A stretch of DNA of 35,064 nucleotides, from the IMG/VR virus record IMGVR_UViG_3300045988_177007, positions 1 to 35,064 of that record; one strand, 5' to 3'. Below are positions 16,388 to 24,247 of the stretch, in pieces. Positions within the stretch are counted from its first letter, which is position 1. Each line of letters starts with the position of its first letter. The notes beneath the pieces are model-generated. The model had not been told where the DNA came from. It worked only from the letters and a program-made list of their open reading frames with translations, and did no database searches. The position numbers were made by a program, and so were the translations under genes. The DNA is from a virus.

Positions 16388-16608
16388 GCGGCGGGCGCGC
16401 CCTCGAATGGGCGAAGGCGGCGGGGCTGAGGCCGCAGATGTCTTACACGGTGCCCCAGACCGCGCGGTACACGGGCCTTAGCCGCTACCAACTCGAGCAC
16501 GAGATCGAGGCCGGGAGGCTTCTGACCATCATGCCCGCAGGCTGCGAGCGCGGCAGGCGGGTCACGGTCGAGGCCGTCGACGAGTGGCTGGATGCGAACG
16601 AGAGATAG
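16384..16608 (+). CDS. Excisionase-like HTH (MerR/HTH_17-type) DNA-binding protein
   Basis: YTVPQTARYTGLSRYQLEHEIEAGRLLTIM is a helix-turn-helix. GTG start at 16384, or ATG at 16438. Confidence 0.45.
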   Translation: MSGGRALEWAKAAGLRPQMSYTVPQTARYTGLSRYQLEHEIEAGRLLTIMPAGCERGRRVTVEAVDEWLDANER

Positions 16609-16622
16609 AAACGGAGGAAGAG

Positions 16623-16988
16623 ATGGGAAGCGTGCCTGCACAGGCCGGAGAGGTTGCCGGCGAGAAGGAGGCCCGCGAGAGGCCGCGCGGCGTGATGACG
16701 CTCGACGAGCTCCTGGCCTACGCCGAGGAGACCGGCGACCCGCTGGCCAGCCAGCTGGCGCCGGGCGTCCGCTACACCTACGTGCTCGACCAGCGCGAGG
16801 GGGTAGAGAGCCCCAAGGACGGGCACCGCTACGTCCCGCCGCGCTCCATCGTGGTCGAGGGCGAGAGGGGCAGGGTCGAGGACGCCGCCCAGGGCGTCGC
16901 CTGGATGCTCAGGCGGCTCGGGTGGACCTCGCGGATGATCGTGGAGGGCTGCGTGCTGAAGGACGCGCCCGCGAGGAAAGGGGATTGA
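16623..16988 (+). CDS. Hypothetical protein
   Basis: 121 aa. ACGGAGGAAG RBS. Confidence 0.4.
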   Translation: MGSVPAQAGEVAGEKEARERPRGVMTLDELLAYAEETGDPLASQLAPGVRYTYVLDQREGVESPKDGHRYVPPRSIVVEGERGRVEDAAQGVAWMLRRLGWTSRMIVEGCVLKDAPARKGD

Positions 16989-16989
16989 C

Positions 16990-17439
16990 ATGGGTTTCGG
17001 AATCAACCGCGTCGTCGTGAGCGGTCGTCTCTGCAAGGACCCGGAGCTGAGGGCCACCCGCTCTGGCCTGGACGTGATGACCGTGCGCCTGGCCACCGAG
17101 GACCGCAAGAAGGGGGCCGACGGCGCGTGGGTGGACGACACCAGCTACCTTGACATCGTTTCGTTCGGCGGGGTGGCCGCGGCCGCGGCGCAGCAGCTCT
17201 CGAAGGGCTCGCGCGTGGTCTTCGGCGGCAAGGTCAGGCAGCGGACGTGGGAGGACGAGGCGGGGACCCGGCACTACCGCGTCGAGATCGTCGCTGACGA
17301 CATCGTCGTGTGCGGGGAGAGGCCGCGCGCGGCCGCGGCGCCGGCGCAGCCCTCCCGGCCGCCCGTGGCGGCGGCTCCCGCGCCCGTCGCGCCGCCCGTC
17401 GCGCCGGCGGACGTCTACGACGAGGACATCCCGTTTTGA
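16990..17439 (+). CDS. ssb: Single-stranded DNA-binding protein
   Basis: 149 aa. OB-fold-like N-terminus, Pro/Ala-rich linker, acidic tail ending DEDIPF. Confidence 0.85.
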   Translation: MGFGINRVVVSGRLCKDPELRATRSGLDVMTVRLATEDRKKGADGAWVDDTSYLDIVSFGGVAAAAAQQLSKGSRVVFGGKVRQRTWEDEAGTRHYRVEIVADDIVVCGERPRAAAAPAQPSRPPVAAAPAPVAPPVAPADVYDEDIPF

Positions 17440-17597
17440 CGCCGCCGGAGAAGACGCCGCTGAAGCCCTGCGAGTGCAGCAAGTGCCGCCACTGCTGGGC
17501 CGCGGCGATGGTGTGCACGAGGCGGCTCATATCGAGGGCGCCCGGCGAGAAGCGGTCGGGGTGCCTGTACTACGAGGAGCGCGAGGGGAGGGGCTAG
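17436..17597 (+). CDS. Cys-rich small protein (C-x-C-x2-C-x2-C), possible zinc ribbon
   Basis: TTG start overlapping the ssb stop. CECSKCRHC motif. Start uncertain. Confidence 0.25.
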   Translation: MTPPEKTPLKPCECSKCRHCWAAAMVCTRRLISRAPGEKRSGCLYYEEREGRG

Positions 17598-18002
17598 GTG
17601 TCACGCCGTGGGATCAGGTGGTGCAAGCTCGACCTCGACATGCTGCGCGACCCGAAGGTGCAGCTCGTGCTCGACGAGGCCGGCGCCGAGGGCGTCGCCG
17701 TCTGGATCGCCGCCATCATCGAGATGTACACGGCGATTAACGACGGCCAGGTCTTCATCTCCGTCGACTCGCTCGTCCGAAGGGTCGCCTGTGACCTGAA
17801 TTTAGGCAAAATCCGGGCAAAAAAGCTCCTAAAAACGTGCGAAAAAGCGGGGCTTTTCGACCACGAAATGTGGGCCGAGGGAAGGGCCGCGAACGAGCGC
17901 GTCGCGGAGTTCTACGAGCAGTACCTGCGGAAATGCGATCGGGCCGAGAAGGCGAGGGCCGCCAGGGACGTTTCTAATATCAAGCCTGATATTAAGCCGT
18001 AG
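17598..18002 (+). CDS. Replisome organizer N-terminal-domain-like protein
   Basis: GTG start. N-terminus RRGIRWCKLDLDMLRDPKVQLVLDEAGAEGVAVWIAAI resembles the phage replisome-organizer N-terminal family. Followed by an AT-rich iteron region. Confidence 0.4.
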   Translation: MSRRGIRWCKLDLDMLRDPKVQLVLDEAGAEGVAVWIAAIIEMYTAINDGQVFISVDSLVRRVACDLNLGKIRAKKLLKTCEKAGLFDHEMWAEGRAANERVAEFYEQYLRKCDRAEKARAARDVSNIKPDIKP

Positions 18003-18107
18003 ATATTAGATAAGAGATATAGAGATAAGAACCCTCTCCCTTACTTGTGAGTAGGGGAACCTAACTTTTCAACAATCTTTCGACAAGTTTTCAACATTGG
18101 AGGACGT
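18003..18107. promoter_or_regulatory. Candidate replication origin / iteron cluster
   Basis: AT-rich. Repeats GATATTAGATAAGAGATATAGAGATAAGA, then TTTTCAACA ... TTTCGACAAG ... TTTTCAACA. Confidence 0.3.
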
Positions 18108-18320
18108 ATGAGCGACACGACCGGAATCCAGAGGCTGCGCAACGCCATCGAGGTCCAGGGCCGCGGCGGGGCGAAGACCCTCGTGCTCGACATGTCGGCG
18201 GCCGAGGAGATCTGCCGCGAGTGCGAGGACGAGCTCGAGGCGCTGGGCGAGGACCTCGACGGGCTCTACACCGCCGTCACCGGCGCGACGATGATCCTGC
18301 GCGCCGGGCTCGGGGAGTAG
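18108..18320 (+). CDS. Hypothetical protein. N-terminal domain paralogous to 18822..19328
   Basis: 70 aa. The RLRNAIE...ICRECEDELEALG pattern is shared with the downstream paralogue. Confidence 0.4.
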   Translation: MSDTTGIQRLRNAIEVQGRGGAKTLVLDMSAAEEICRECEDELEALGEDLDGLYTAVTGATMILRAGLGE

Positions 18321-18357
18321 TGCCCACCATGAACGTTTTCGCGAAGGTGAGACTGCG

Positions 18358-18825
18358 ATGAGGATAAGCCAGGACAAGCTGCCGCCGGCCATCGACCTGG
18401 GCCGGGCGGTGCCGGACGGCGGGATCTGCAAGCCGAGGGCAAAGGGCGAGCTGCGCGTGCCGCCCGACAAGGTGAGGCGCGAGGTCGTGGCGGCGCTGCA
18501 GGCGTGCTCGGCGCCGGGGCGCAATGGATGCGAGAAGCCGTTCGCGCAGGTCGTGGCCGCGCTCGGGCCGTGGTGGAGCAGGAACCAGGACTCCACGTTG
18601 CCGGAGGTGCTCGCCGACCTCGTGGCGCCGCGGGGCAAGGGCGCGCTGGCCGCCGAGGTCGCCGACAAGGTCGGGAGGCTCACGCTCGAGCGCGACGAGG
18701 CGGTTGCCGAGGCGGCGACGCTCCGCGAGCGGGCTGCGCGCGCCGAGGCCGAGGCAGACAGGATGCGCAGGAAGCTTGAGAAGGTCGAGCACCTGCTCGG
18801 AGACGACGAGGAAAGGAGTCGGTGA
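18358..18825 (+). CDS. Hypothetical protein with C-terminal coiled coil
   Basis: 155 aa. Stop overlaps the start of the next gene. Confidence 0.4.
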   Translation: MRISQDKLPPAIDLGRAVPDGGICKPRAKGELRVPPDKVRREVVAALQACSAPGRNGCEKPFAQVVAALGPWWSRNQDSTLPEVLADLVAPRGKGALAAEVADKVGRLTLERDEAVAEAATLRERAARAEAEADRMRRKLEKVEHLLGDDEERSR

Positions 18826-19328
18826 TGGCCGACAAGACAGGCGTGGCCAGGCTGCGCCAGGCGATAGAGAACCAGTGGGACGCGGGTGAGGCGTGCTTCA
18901 CGCTGCCGATAGGGGAGGCGGCCTCCATTTGCGACGAGTGCGAGGACGAGCTGGGGGCGCTGTCATGGGCTAAGGGTGTGCCCGTCCCAGTGGATGCTGA
19001 TGGCAATGTCGTGCCGCTCGACACGGAGAAGCTGTATACGGACGATGGCGAGATGGTCCGCGTGGATAGCATCTGCCACGGCGCCCGCCTGTGGCACGTC
19101 AAGAGAATGCACAGTGACAAGACGTATTGGCTCGACTCGCTCCACCTTCGCAGTCTTGACAGCTGGGAGAAACTGGAGGAGGACGCGAAGCTTGCGCCGC
19201 GCGCCTACCTGGAGAAGCGCGGTATGAACCCAGAGAAAACCGAGCGCGTCGCGTCCATGATGGCCGACCTCGTGAGCCGCGCCAAGGCCCTCGCGGAGCG
19301 CGACGCGAAGGGGGCCGACTGTGATTAG
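18822..19328 (+). CDS. Hypothetical protein
   Basis: 168 aa. N-terminus aligns with 18108..18320 (ARLRQAIE...ICDECEDELGAL). Confidence 0.4.
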   Translation: MMADKTGVARLRQAIENQWDAGEACFTLPIGEAASICDECEDELGALSWAKGVPVPVDADGNVVPLDTEKLYTDDGEMVRVDSICHGARLWHVKRMHSDKTYWLDSLHLRSLDSWEKLEEDAKLAPRAYLEKRGMNPEKTERVASMMADLVSRAKALAERDAKGADCD

Positions 19329-19641
19329 CGACAAGGAGCGCCGCGCTGTGGCTGCGCTGATGCGCGAGATTATGCGCGACGACCCGCACGGGTGGCTCGA
19401 CGTCATGGTCTCGCGCGCAGTGGCCGGCGTGCTGGGGGATGGCGTGAAAATCGGCGAGACCGTCGCCGACCTCATAGACCGTCCGACGTGCGAGTACGTG
19501 CCAATCGGCAACAGGAGATTCGGTTGCTCATGGTGCGGGCACGTCGTCAGGCTTGACTACGACGAGCTGATAGCGGACGAAATTTACCTGCCGTTCAACT
19601 ACTGCCCCAACTGCGGGGCGGAGGTGGTGGAGGATGTTTAG
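19321..19641 (+). CDS. Zinc-ribbon hypothetical protein
   Basis: 106 aa, GTG start. Two CxxC pairs: CSWCGH ... CPNCG. Confidence 0.35.
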   Translation: MISDKERRAVAALMREIMRDDPHGWLDVMVSRAVAGVLGDGVKIGETVADLIDRPTCEYVPIGNRRFGCSWCGHVVRLDYDELIADEIYLPFNYCPNCGAEVVEDV

Positions 19642-20020
19642 CGCCTATGTCGCGCGAGCCGCGCACGCCATACTCTGCCGTAAGACCGAGGTCGCCGACC
19701 TGTACAAGGGCGACTGCCGCGGCTGCGGCGAGTGCTGCTCGCGCTTCCTGCCTCTAAGCCCCTACGACCTGCGTCGTCTAAAGCCTTACGTGCTCGAGCA
19801 CGGAATCAAGCCGCATGAGCCGCGAGGCGAGGTCGACCTCATGTGCCCATGGCTCACCGACGGCAAGGAGTGCGCCGTCTACGCGGCAAGGCCCGAGGTG
19901 TGCCGCGCCTACCGCTGCGACCTGCACAAGCGCGGCGAGATTCGGACCTTCTTCGGGGCGGCGAGCGCCAAGGTCACCGACATGAGGGAGCTTGCGGAGA
20001 GGTGGAGCGATGACGTATGA
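19634..20020 (+). CDS. YkgJ-type putative zinc/iron-chelating (CxxCxxCC) domain protein
   Basis: CRGCGECCSRF...CPW...CAVY..RP..CR.Y.C pattern. Confidence 0.5.
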   Translation: MFSAYVARAAHAILCRKTEVADLYKGDCRGCGECCSRFLPLSPYDLRRLKPYVLEHGIKPHEPRGEVDLMCPWLTDGKECAVYAARPEVCRAYRCDLHKRGEIRTFFGAASAKVTDMRELAERWSDDV

Positions 20021-20089
20021 CAGCGCGGGCTACCGCGATCACTGCGGAGATTGCCGCCATTTCATTGAACCGAATCTAAAGGAGAACTG

Positions 20090-20515
20090 ATGCTAGACAT
20101 GACAAATGCAAGCCGCCGTAAATCTGTTCCTGTAATCGCCATCGTCGCCGCCCTCGCGGTTGCCGCGTCCGTCGCGCTCGCGGGATGCACGGAGAGCGCC
20201 CGCGTTAGCTACAACATCAAGCAGGACGCGGACAACTTCAACGTAGCGAGAAGGCTCACGGTCTTCAACATGCGCTCTGACAAGGTGCTCATGCAGATGA
20301 CCGGCTGCTTCGCGCTCCACAACGACGCGGACAACGAACTTGAGGTCGTGTGCGAGTTGCCAGATGGCAGCTTCCAAAAGCACCTCGTGTACCTCAACGA
20401 TTGGACGATGTACACGGTTGAGCAGCTAGACACGTCAGACGTCGACAGGTTCAACTACGAGCTCAACTTCCTTCCGCAGGAGCTGCCCGGCGTGAAGATC
20501 ACGAGTAAGGACTAG
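20090..20515 (+). CDS. Lipoprotein (moron). Candidate superinfection-exclusion factor
   Basis: Signal peptide with lipobox LAGC. Strong AAAGGAG RBS. Lower GC than the flanking genes. Confidence 0.55.
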   Translation: MLDMTNASRRKSVPVIAIVAALAVAASVALAGCTESARVSYNIKQDADNFNVARRLTVFNMRSDKVLMQMTGCFALHNDADNELEVVCELPDGSFQKHLVYLNDWTMYTVEQLDTSDVDRFNYELNFLPQELPGVKITSKD

Positions 20516-20521
20516 GCTGCG

Positions 20522-20791
20522 ATGACTACGACGAGTGACGCCCGCGAGACCGTCCGCGACCCCAGCTGGTACACGTCCGGCGCCGTGGAGACCATCGCGA
20601 AGATAGAGGCCGTCATCGACGGGCTGCCCGCGCGAGAGGCCTTCCTGCTCGGGCAGGTCATACGCTACGTCGACCGAGCCGGGGAGAAGGACGACCCGGC
20701 CCTGGACCTCGGCAAGGCGAACAACTACGCATGGCGACTGGTCACGGGCGATTGGAGGTGCGATGGCGGGGGCGAGCGTCTACCAAGGTAA
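20522..20791 (+). CDS. DUF3310-family phage protein
   Basis: PSWYTSG..ETI..IEAVI....FLLGQVIRYVDRAG.K......L.KA..Y matches the recalled DUF3310 signature. Confidence 0.5.
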   Translation: MTTTSDARETVRDPSWYTSGAVETIAKIEAVIDGLPAREAFLLGQVIRYVDRAGEKDDPALDLGKANNYAWRLVTGDWRCDGGGERLPR

Positions 20792-21869
20792 GGACGGCGT
20801 CTGGCGCGCCAGGGTCATCTTCCCGGCCGACCCCGCCACCGGCCGCCGCGCCCGCAAGGTCAAGGCCTTCCCAGGGGCGAGGGACGCCGAGGAGGCCCGC
20901 GCCATGGCCGAGGCCTACGCCGCCGGGGCGTCCGGCGCGTCCATCCAGGGCGCGCTCGCGCGCTACGCCGAGGAGGTCGCCGAGAAGGGGGCCGCGGGGC
21001 GCGCGCCCAAGGCCAACACGGCGCACGACTACCTGGGCTACGCCCGCCGCCTGGGCGAGGTCTTCCCCGCCGTGCCGGCCTGCGAGGTCACGCCCGGCAT
21101 GGTCTCGTCGGTGGAGTCGCAGCTCCTCTCGCGCGGGCTCTCGGCCACGACCGTCAACGGCTACCACCAGTTCATGAGCGGGGCCTTCTCGTGGATGGCC
21201 CGCCAGGGCTGGGTTCGCTCCAACCCGGCCGCGGACGCGATCCACCCGAGCGCCGGCAACCCCGACGCCTCCGGCAAGGCCCTCGACGAGGAGGAGCTGC
21301 GCGCGCTCACGCTTCGGCTGAGGGCCGACGAGCCGGAGGCCGGCGACTTCGGCGAGTGGCAGTGCGCCATGACGGCGCTCGACCTCATCGCCTGCACGGG
21401 GATGCGCCTGGGCGAGGTGCTCGCCCTGCGCGTGCGGGACCTCCGCCCCCAGGTGCCCGACGTCTACGTCTGCGGCACCGTCTGCGAGCGCGGCGGCCTC
21501 TTCCGCCAGCCCACGGCCAAGAGAGGGGAGGACAGGCGCCTGGCGGTGCCGACGCGCATCGTGCCGACCCTGCGCCTCATGGCCGCCGGCAAGCGGCCGG
21601 ACGACGCGCTCCTCTCGCCGGACGGCGCGATCGTGCGGCCCGCGGTCGTCCGGCAGGCCCTGCGCGCGGCGTGCCAGGAGGCCGGCGTGCGGCGCATAAC
21701 GCCCCACGCGCTCAGGCACACTCACGCCACGCTCGCCCTGCAGCGCGGCTTCACCATCGCCGACGTCCAGGCGAGGCTCGGCCACGCCGACGTGAAGACC
21801 ACGCTCGGCATTTACGGGCACACGACCGCCGCCCGCGACAGGGGCATCGCGGAGTCCTTCGGCGGGTAA
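20763..21869 (+). CDS. Second tyrosine integrase
   Basis: 368 aa. ...HALRHTHATLAL... and ...LGHADVKTTLGIYGHT... boxes. Lies in the early plus-strand region and is followed by a low-GC, mosaic island. Confidence 0.75.
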   Translation: MAGASVYQGKDGVWRARVIFPADPATGRRARKVKAFPGARDAEEARAMAEAYAAGASGASIQGALARYAEEVAEKGAAGRAPKANTAHDYLGYARRLGEVFPAVPACEVTPGMVSSVESQLLSRGLSATTVNGYHQFMSGAFSWMARQGWVRSNPAADAIHPSAGNPDASGKALDEEELRALTLRLRADEPEAGDFGEWQCAMTALDLIACTGMRLGEVLALRVRDLRPQVPDVYVCGTVCERGGLFRQPTAKRGEDRRLAVPTRIVPTLRLMAAGKRPDDALLSPDGAIVRPAVVRQALRAACQEAGVRRITPHALRHTHATLALQRGFTIADVQARLGHADVKTTLGIYGHTTAARDRGIAESFGG

Positions 21870-22067
21870 GGTTGGCGCCGGGGCGGCGAGGACCACGGCA
21901 GGACCACGGATGGCTTCCCGGCGCGGCGCCGCCCGGGCAGCGTTCCCGCTGGTCGCGCGGCCCGCCGCCCCTCTTTCCGCCCACGCCCCCGACGGACAAC
22001 GCCTAATTGTCCGATTTAAGTGGTATTGGTTAAGAGAGTTATGCAAGTTAGGTAGATTGGAGGCTTC

Positions 22068-22223
22068 ATGGCATACGAGGAAGAGCCGCCGAGTACGTTG
22101 GAGCTGCTAAGCATTCCGTTTCTGCTGCTTCTCGTCTTCGTGCTCGTGCTCTACGCGCCCTTTTGGGCAATCGACAAACTGCGCGAGAAGTGGAGAGAGC
22201 GCAGAAAGACAAACCGCAGGTAG
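22068..22223 (+). CDS. 51-aa single-TM membrane peptide
   Basis: GATTGGAGG RBS. FLLLLVFVLVLYAPFW hydrophobic core. Low-GC patch. Confidence 0.35.
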   Translation: MAYEEEPPSTLELLSIPFLLLLVFVLVLYAPFWAIDKLREKWRERRKTNRR

Positions 22224-22264
22224 AATAGTACGGGACGGATTCTCACCACGGGGATTGGAGACTG

Positions 22265-22756
22265 ATGCAAGCACGCGACTTCTTCGCATCGGTGCGCGCC
22301 GCGGCCGACGAGGCCGAGCGGACGAGGAGCCAGATAGAGCGCATGGAGGCGGCGGAGGGCGTGCGCGCGCAGGGGTACACCCCGGGCGTCTCCAGATCTA
22401 GGGCCGACGTCAACGGGACCGCCCGCGTCATCTCCCGCGTCGACTACGAGCGCAGGATGCGCAGGCGGCTCGAGGAGGACTACGCACTCATCGACCGCGG
22501 GTGCTCCGTGATCTACGGCAGCGACCAGACGGGCATGGGCGGCGTGGACGCGCTGCTGGGCTCCGCGACCGCCGACACGATGTGGTGGCGCTTCTGCGAC
22601 GGCGCGGGCTGGACTAAAGTGGCCCGCGAGGTCGGGCATTCCGAGAGCTGGTGCAGGCTCGCGGTCGAAACGGCGCTCGACGTGTGCGACCAGTACGGCA
22701 TGGACGCGATGACGCAAGGCCTCGGCATCGCCGAGGACAGGCCCGAGTCTTTCTAG
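22265..22756 (+). CDS. Hypothetical protein. Possible late-gene transcriptional activator by position
   Basis: 163 aa. Last gene of the early region before the packaging module. C-terminal helical region could be DNA-binding. Speculative. Confidence 0.3.
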   Translation: MQARDFFASVRAAADEAERTRSQIERMEAAEGVRAQGYTPGVSRSRADVNGTARVISRVDYERRMRRRLEEDYALIDRGCSVIYGSDQTGMGGVDALLGSATADTMWWRFCDGAGWTKVAREVGHSESWCRLAVETALDVCDQYGMDAMTQGLGIAEDRPESF

Positions 22757-22758
22757 GA

Positions 22759-22792
22759 GAGCCCCGACGCATCGAGCGCCGGGGCTTTTTTT
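22759..22792 (+). terminator. Rho-independent terminator
   Basis: GAGCCCCG..CGC-loop-GCG..CGGGGCT followed by TTTTTTT. Confidence 0.6.
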
Positions 22793-22812
22793 GTGGCTCT
22801 GTTAGACCAACA

Positions 22813-22844
22813 TTGACATATAGGTGATGCCACGGTGGTATAAT
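22813..22844 (+). promoter_or_regulatory. Extended -10 promoter (TGGTATAAT) in front of the transposase gene
   Basis: TGgTATAAT at 22836-22844. A TTGACA hexamer lies at 22813-22818 but 20 bp upstream, a non-canonical spacing. A 6-bp hairpin GCCGTA-AGCTC-TACGGC lies between the -10 and the RBS. Confidence 0.4.
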
Positions 22845-22873
22845 AGCCGTAAGCTCTACGGCATTGGAGTATC

Positions 22874-23929
22874 ATGAACGCCGAAGACCTGGTCATCATC
22901 TTCAAAAAGAACATGGCGAACCTCAGCAAAACCGAGCGCCGCCGCGCAATCGAATCCGTCAGGGACGTGATACGCGCGGCGATGTTCGATGATGCGGCCG
23001 GCTCCACCTATGAAGTCGAATGCTGCCCGCGCTGCGGGTCCATCGCGATCGTGAAGAAGGGCAAATCAAAGAACGGCGAGCAGCGCTACCTTTGCCGGGA
23101 CTGCGGCAGGACCTTCGGTATGGGCAGCGAGCGCATCCTGGGGACGAGCAAGCTCCCGAAGGAGACATGGATGGCCTATGCCGAGTGCTTCGTTCTCATG
23201 CTGCCCCTGCGCGAATGCGCGAGGCGCTGCCATGTCTGTCTCAAGACCGCCTACACCATGCGCCACAGGCTGATCGAGTGCCTCTCGGCCTACTCGCCCT
23301 CGTTTAAGGTCGAGCGGGGTTGCGGCTGCGAGCTCGACGAGACCTATTTCCCCGAGTCGTTCAAGGGCAACCACACGAAGGGGTCGTTCACGATGCCGCG
23401 ACCCTCCCGGCATCGCGGCAAGCAGGTGCACAAGCGCGGCCTGTCGCGCGAGCAGATTTGCGTCATGACCGGCGTGAACGACTCGAACGAGACGTTTTTC
23501 GAGGTCTCGGGGCGGGGCGTCCTGTCGAGGAAACGCGCCATGGATGTGCTGAGAGGCCGCATCATGTCCGGTTCCGTCGTGGCGACGGACAAGGCGTCCG
23601 CCTATGTCGACGTCCTCGCCGAGCTCGAGGTCGCCGCGCACACGGCCTACGATTCCAAGGACCGCTCTGAGGGGACCATCAACCGGATCAACACCGTCCA
23701 TTCGCTCCTTGGTGCCTTCATGGAGCCGTTCAGGGGCGTGTCGACGAAGCACCTCGCTGCCTACCTCGCCTGGTTCAAGTGGTGCCGGACCTTCATGGCG
23801 GCCGATTCCGGCACTGCCGAGCGCGCGGTCGCGCGGCAGCTCGCGAACGGCGTATGCAGGAGCCGTATCCGCGACATGTTCAACGTCCTGCCGCCCTATA
23901 TGGACTACTGGGTCACATCCGCCGCATAG
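22874..23929 (+). CDS. IS1595-family transposase (N-terminal zinc ribbon + DDE domain)
   Basis: 351 aa. CPRCGS...[10 protein letters not shown] zinc ribbon, then a DDE-type core. Inverted repeats could not be delimited by eye. Confidence 0.65.
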   Translation: MNAEDLVIIFKKNMANLSKTERRRAIESVRDVIRAAMFDDAAGSTYEVECCPRCGSIAIVKKGKSKNGEQRYLCRDCGRTFGMGSERILGTSKLPKETWMAYAECFVLMLPLRECARRCHVCLKTAYTMRHRLIECLSAYSPSFKVERGCGCELDETYFPESFKGNHTKGSFTMPRPSRHRGKQVHKRGLSREQICVMTGVNDSNETFFEVSGRGVLSRKRAMDVLRGRIMSGSVVATDKASAYVDVLAELEVAAHTAYDSKDRSEGTINRINTVHSLLGAFMEPFRGVSTKHLAAYLAWFKWCRTFMAADSGTAERAVARQLANGVCRSRIRDMFNVLPPYMDYWVTSAA

Positions 23930-23975
23930 AGAAGATAAAATGGTTGCACCGTGATATACGAGGAGAGGTACAACC

Positions 23976-24161
23976 ATGCCGTCGAACATACCTGCCACGA
24001 CGATACGTATCGAACCGGAGGTCAAAAAAGAGGCCACGGCCATCCTTGACGAGCTCGGCTTGTCCATGTCCACCGCCGTCAATGCATTCCTCAAGGCGCT
24101 CGTCCGCGAGGGCGGCATGCCGTTCGAGATGAAGGTCACACCGAGGAAGGGCGAGGAGTAA
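23976..24161 (+). CDS. RelB/DinJ-family antitoxin (orphan; no toxin gene follows)
   Basis: 61 aa. TIRIEPEVKKEATAILDELGLSMSTAVNAFLKALVREGGMPFEM matches the DinJ pattern. Only a 12-codon ORF follows the TAACCATG junction. Confidence 0.65.
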   Translation: MPSNIPATTIRIEPEVKKEATAILDELGLSMSTAVNAFLKALVREGGMPFEMKVTPRKGEE

Positions 24162-24178
24162 CCATGACGTCGCAGGTC

Positions 24179-24197
24179 GAGAGAGAGAGAGAGAGAG
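24179..24197. repeat. (GA)9 dinucleotide microsatellite
   Basis: gtcGAGAGAGAGAGAGAGAGAGtag, read directly. Lies 50 bp upstream of the methyltransferase start. Confidence 0.9.
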
Positions 24198-24247
24198 TAG
24201 ATAGGCGCTCCGCGCCTACGGGGACCGCCGCAGGGCGGTGGTCCTAG

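Larger units (their letters stand above)
22810..23945 (+). mobile_element. IS1595-family insertion sequence (boundaries approximate)
   Basis: Single transposase gene at the edge of a low-GC island. No clean terminal inverted repeats found. Confidence 0.4.

Noticed and set aside
20742-22046. 434-aa minus-strand ORF and 271-aa plus-strand ORF overlapping the second integrase
   Set aside because: Arg/Ala/Gly-rich low-complexity translations. The integrase frame carries recognisable catalytic boxes.
22107-22717. Minus-strand ORFs 22107..22289 and 22151..22717
   Set aside because: They overlap better-supported plus-strand genes, which have strong RBSs and a terminator downstream. Composition is Arg-rich.
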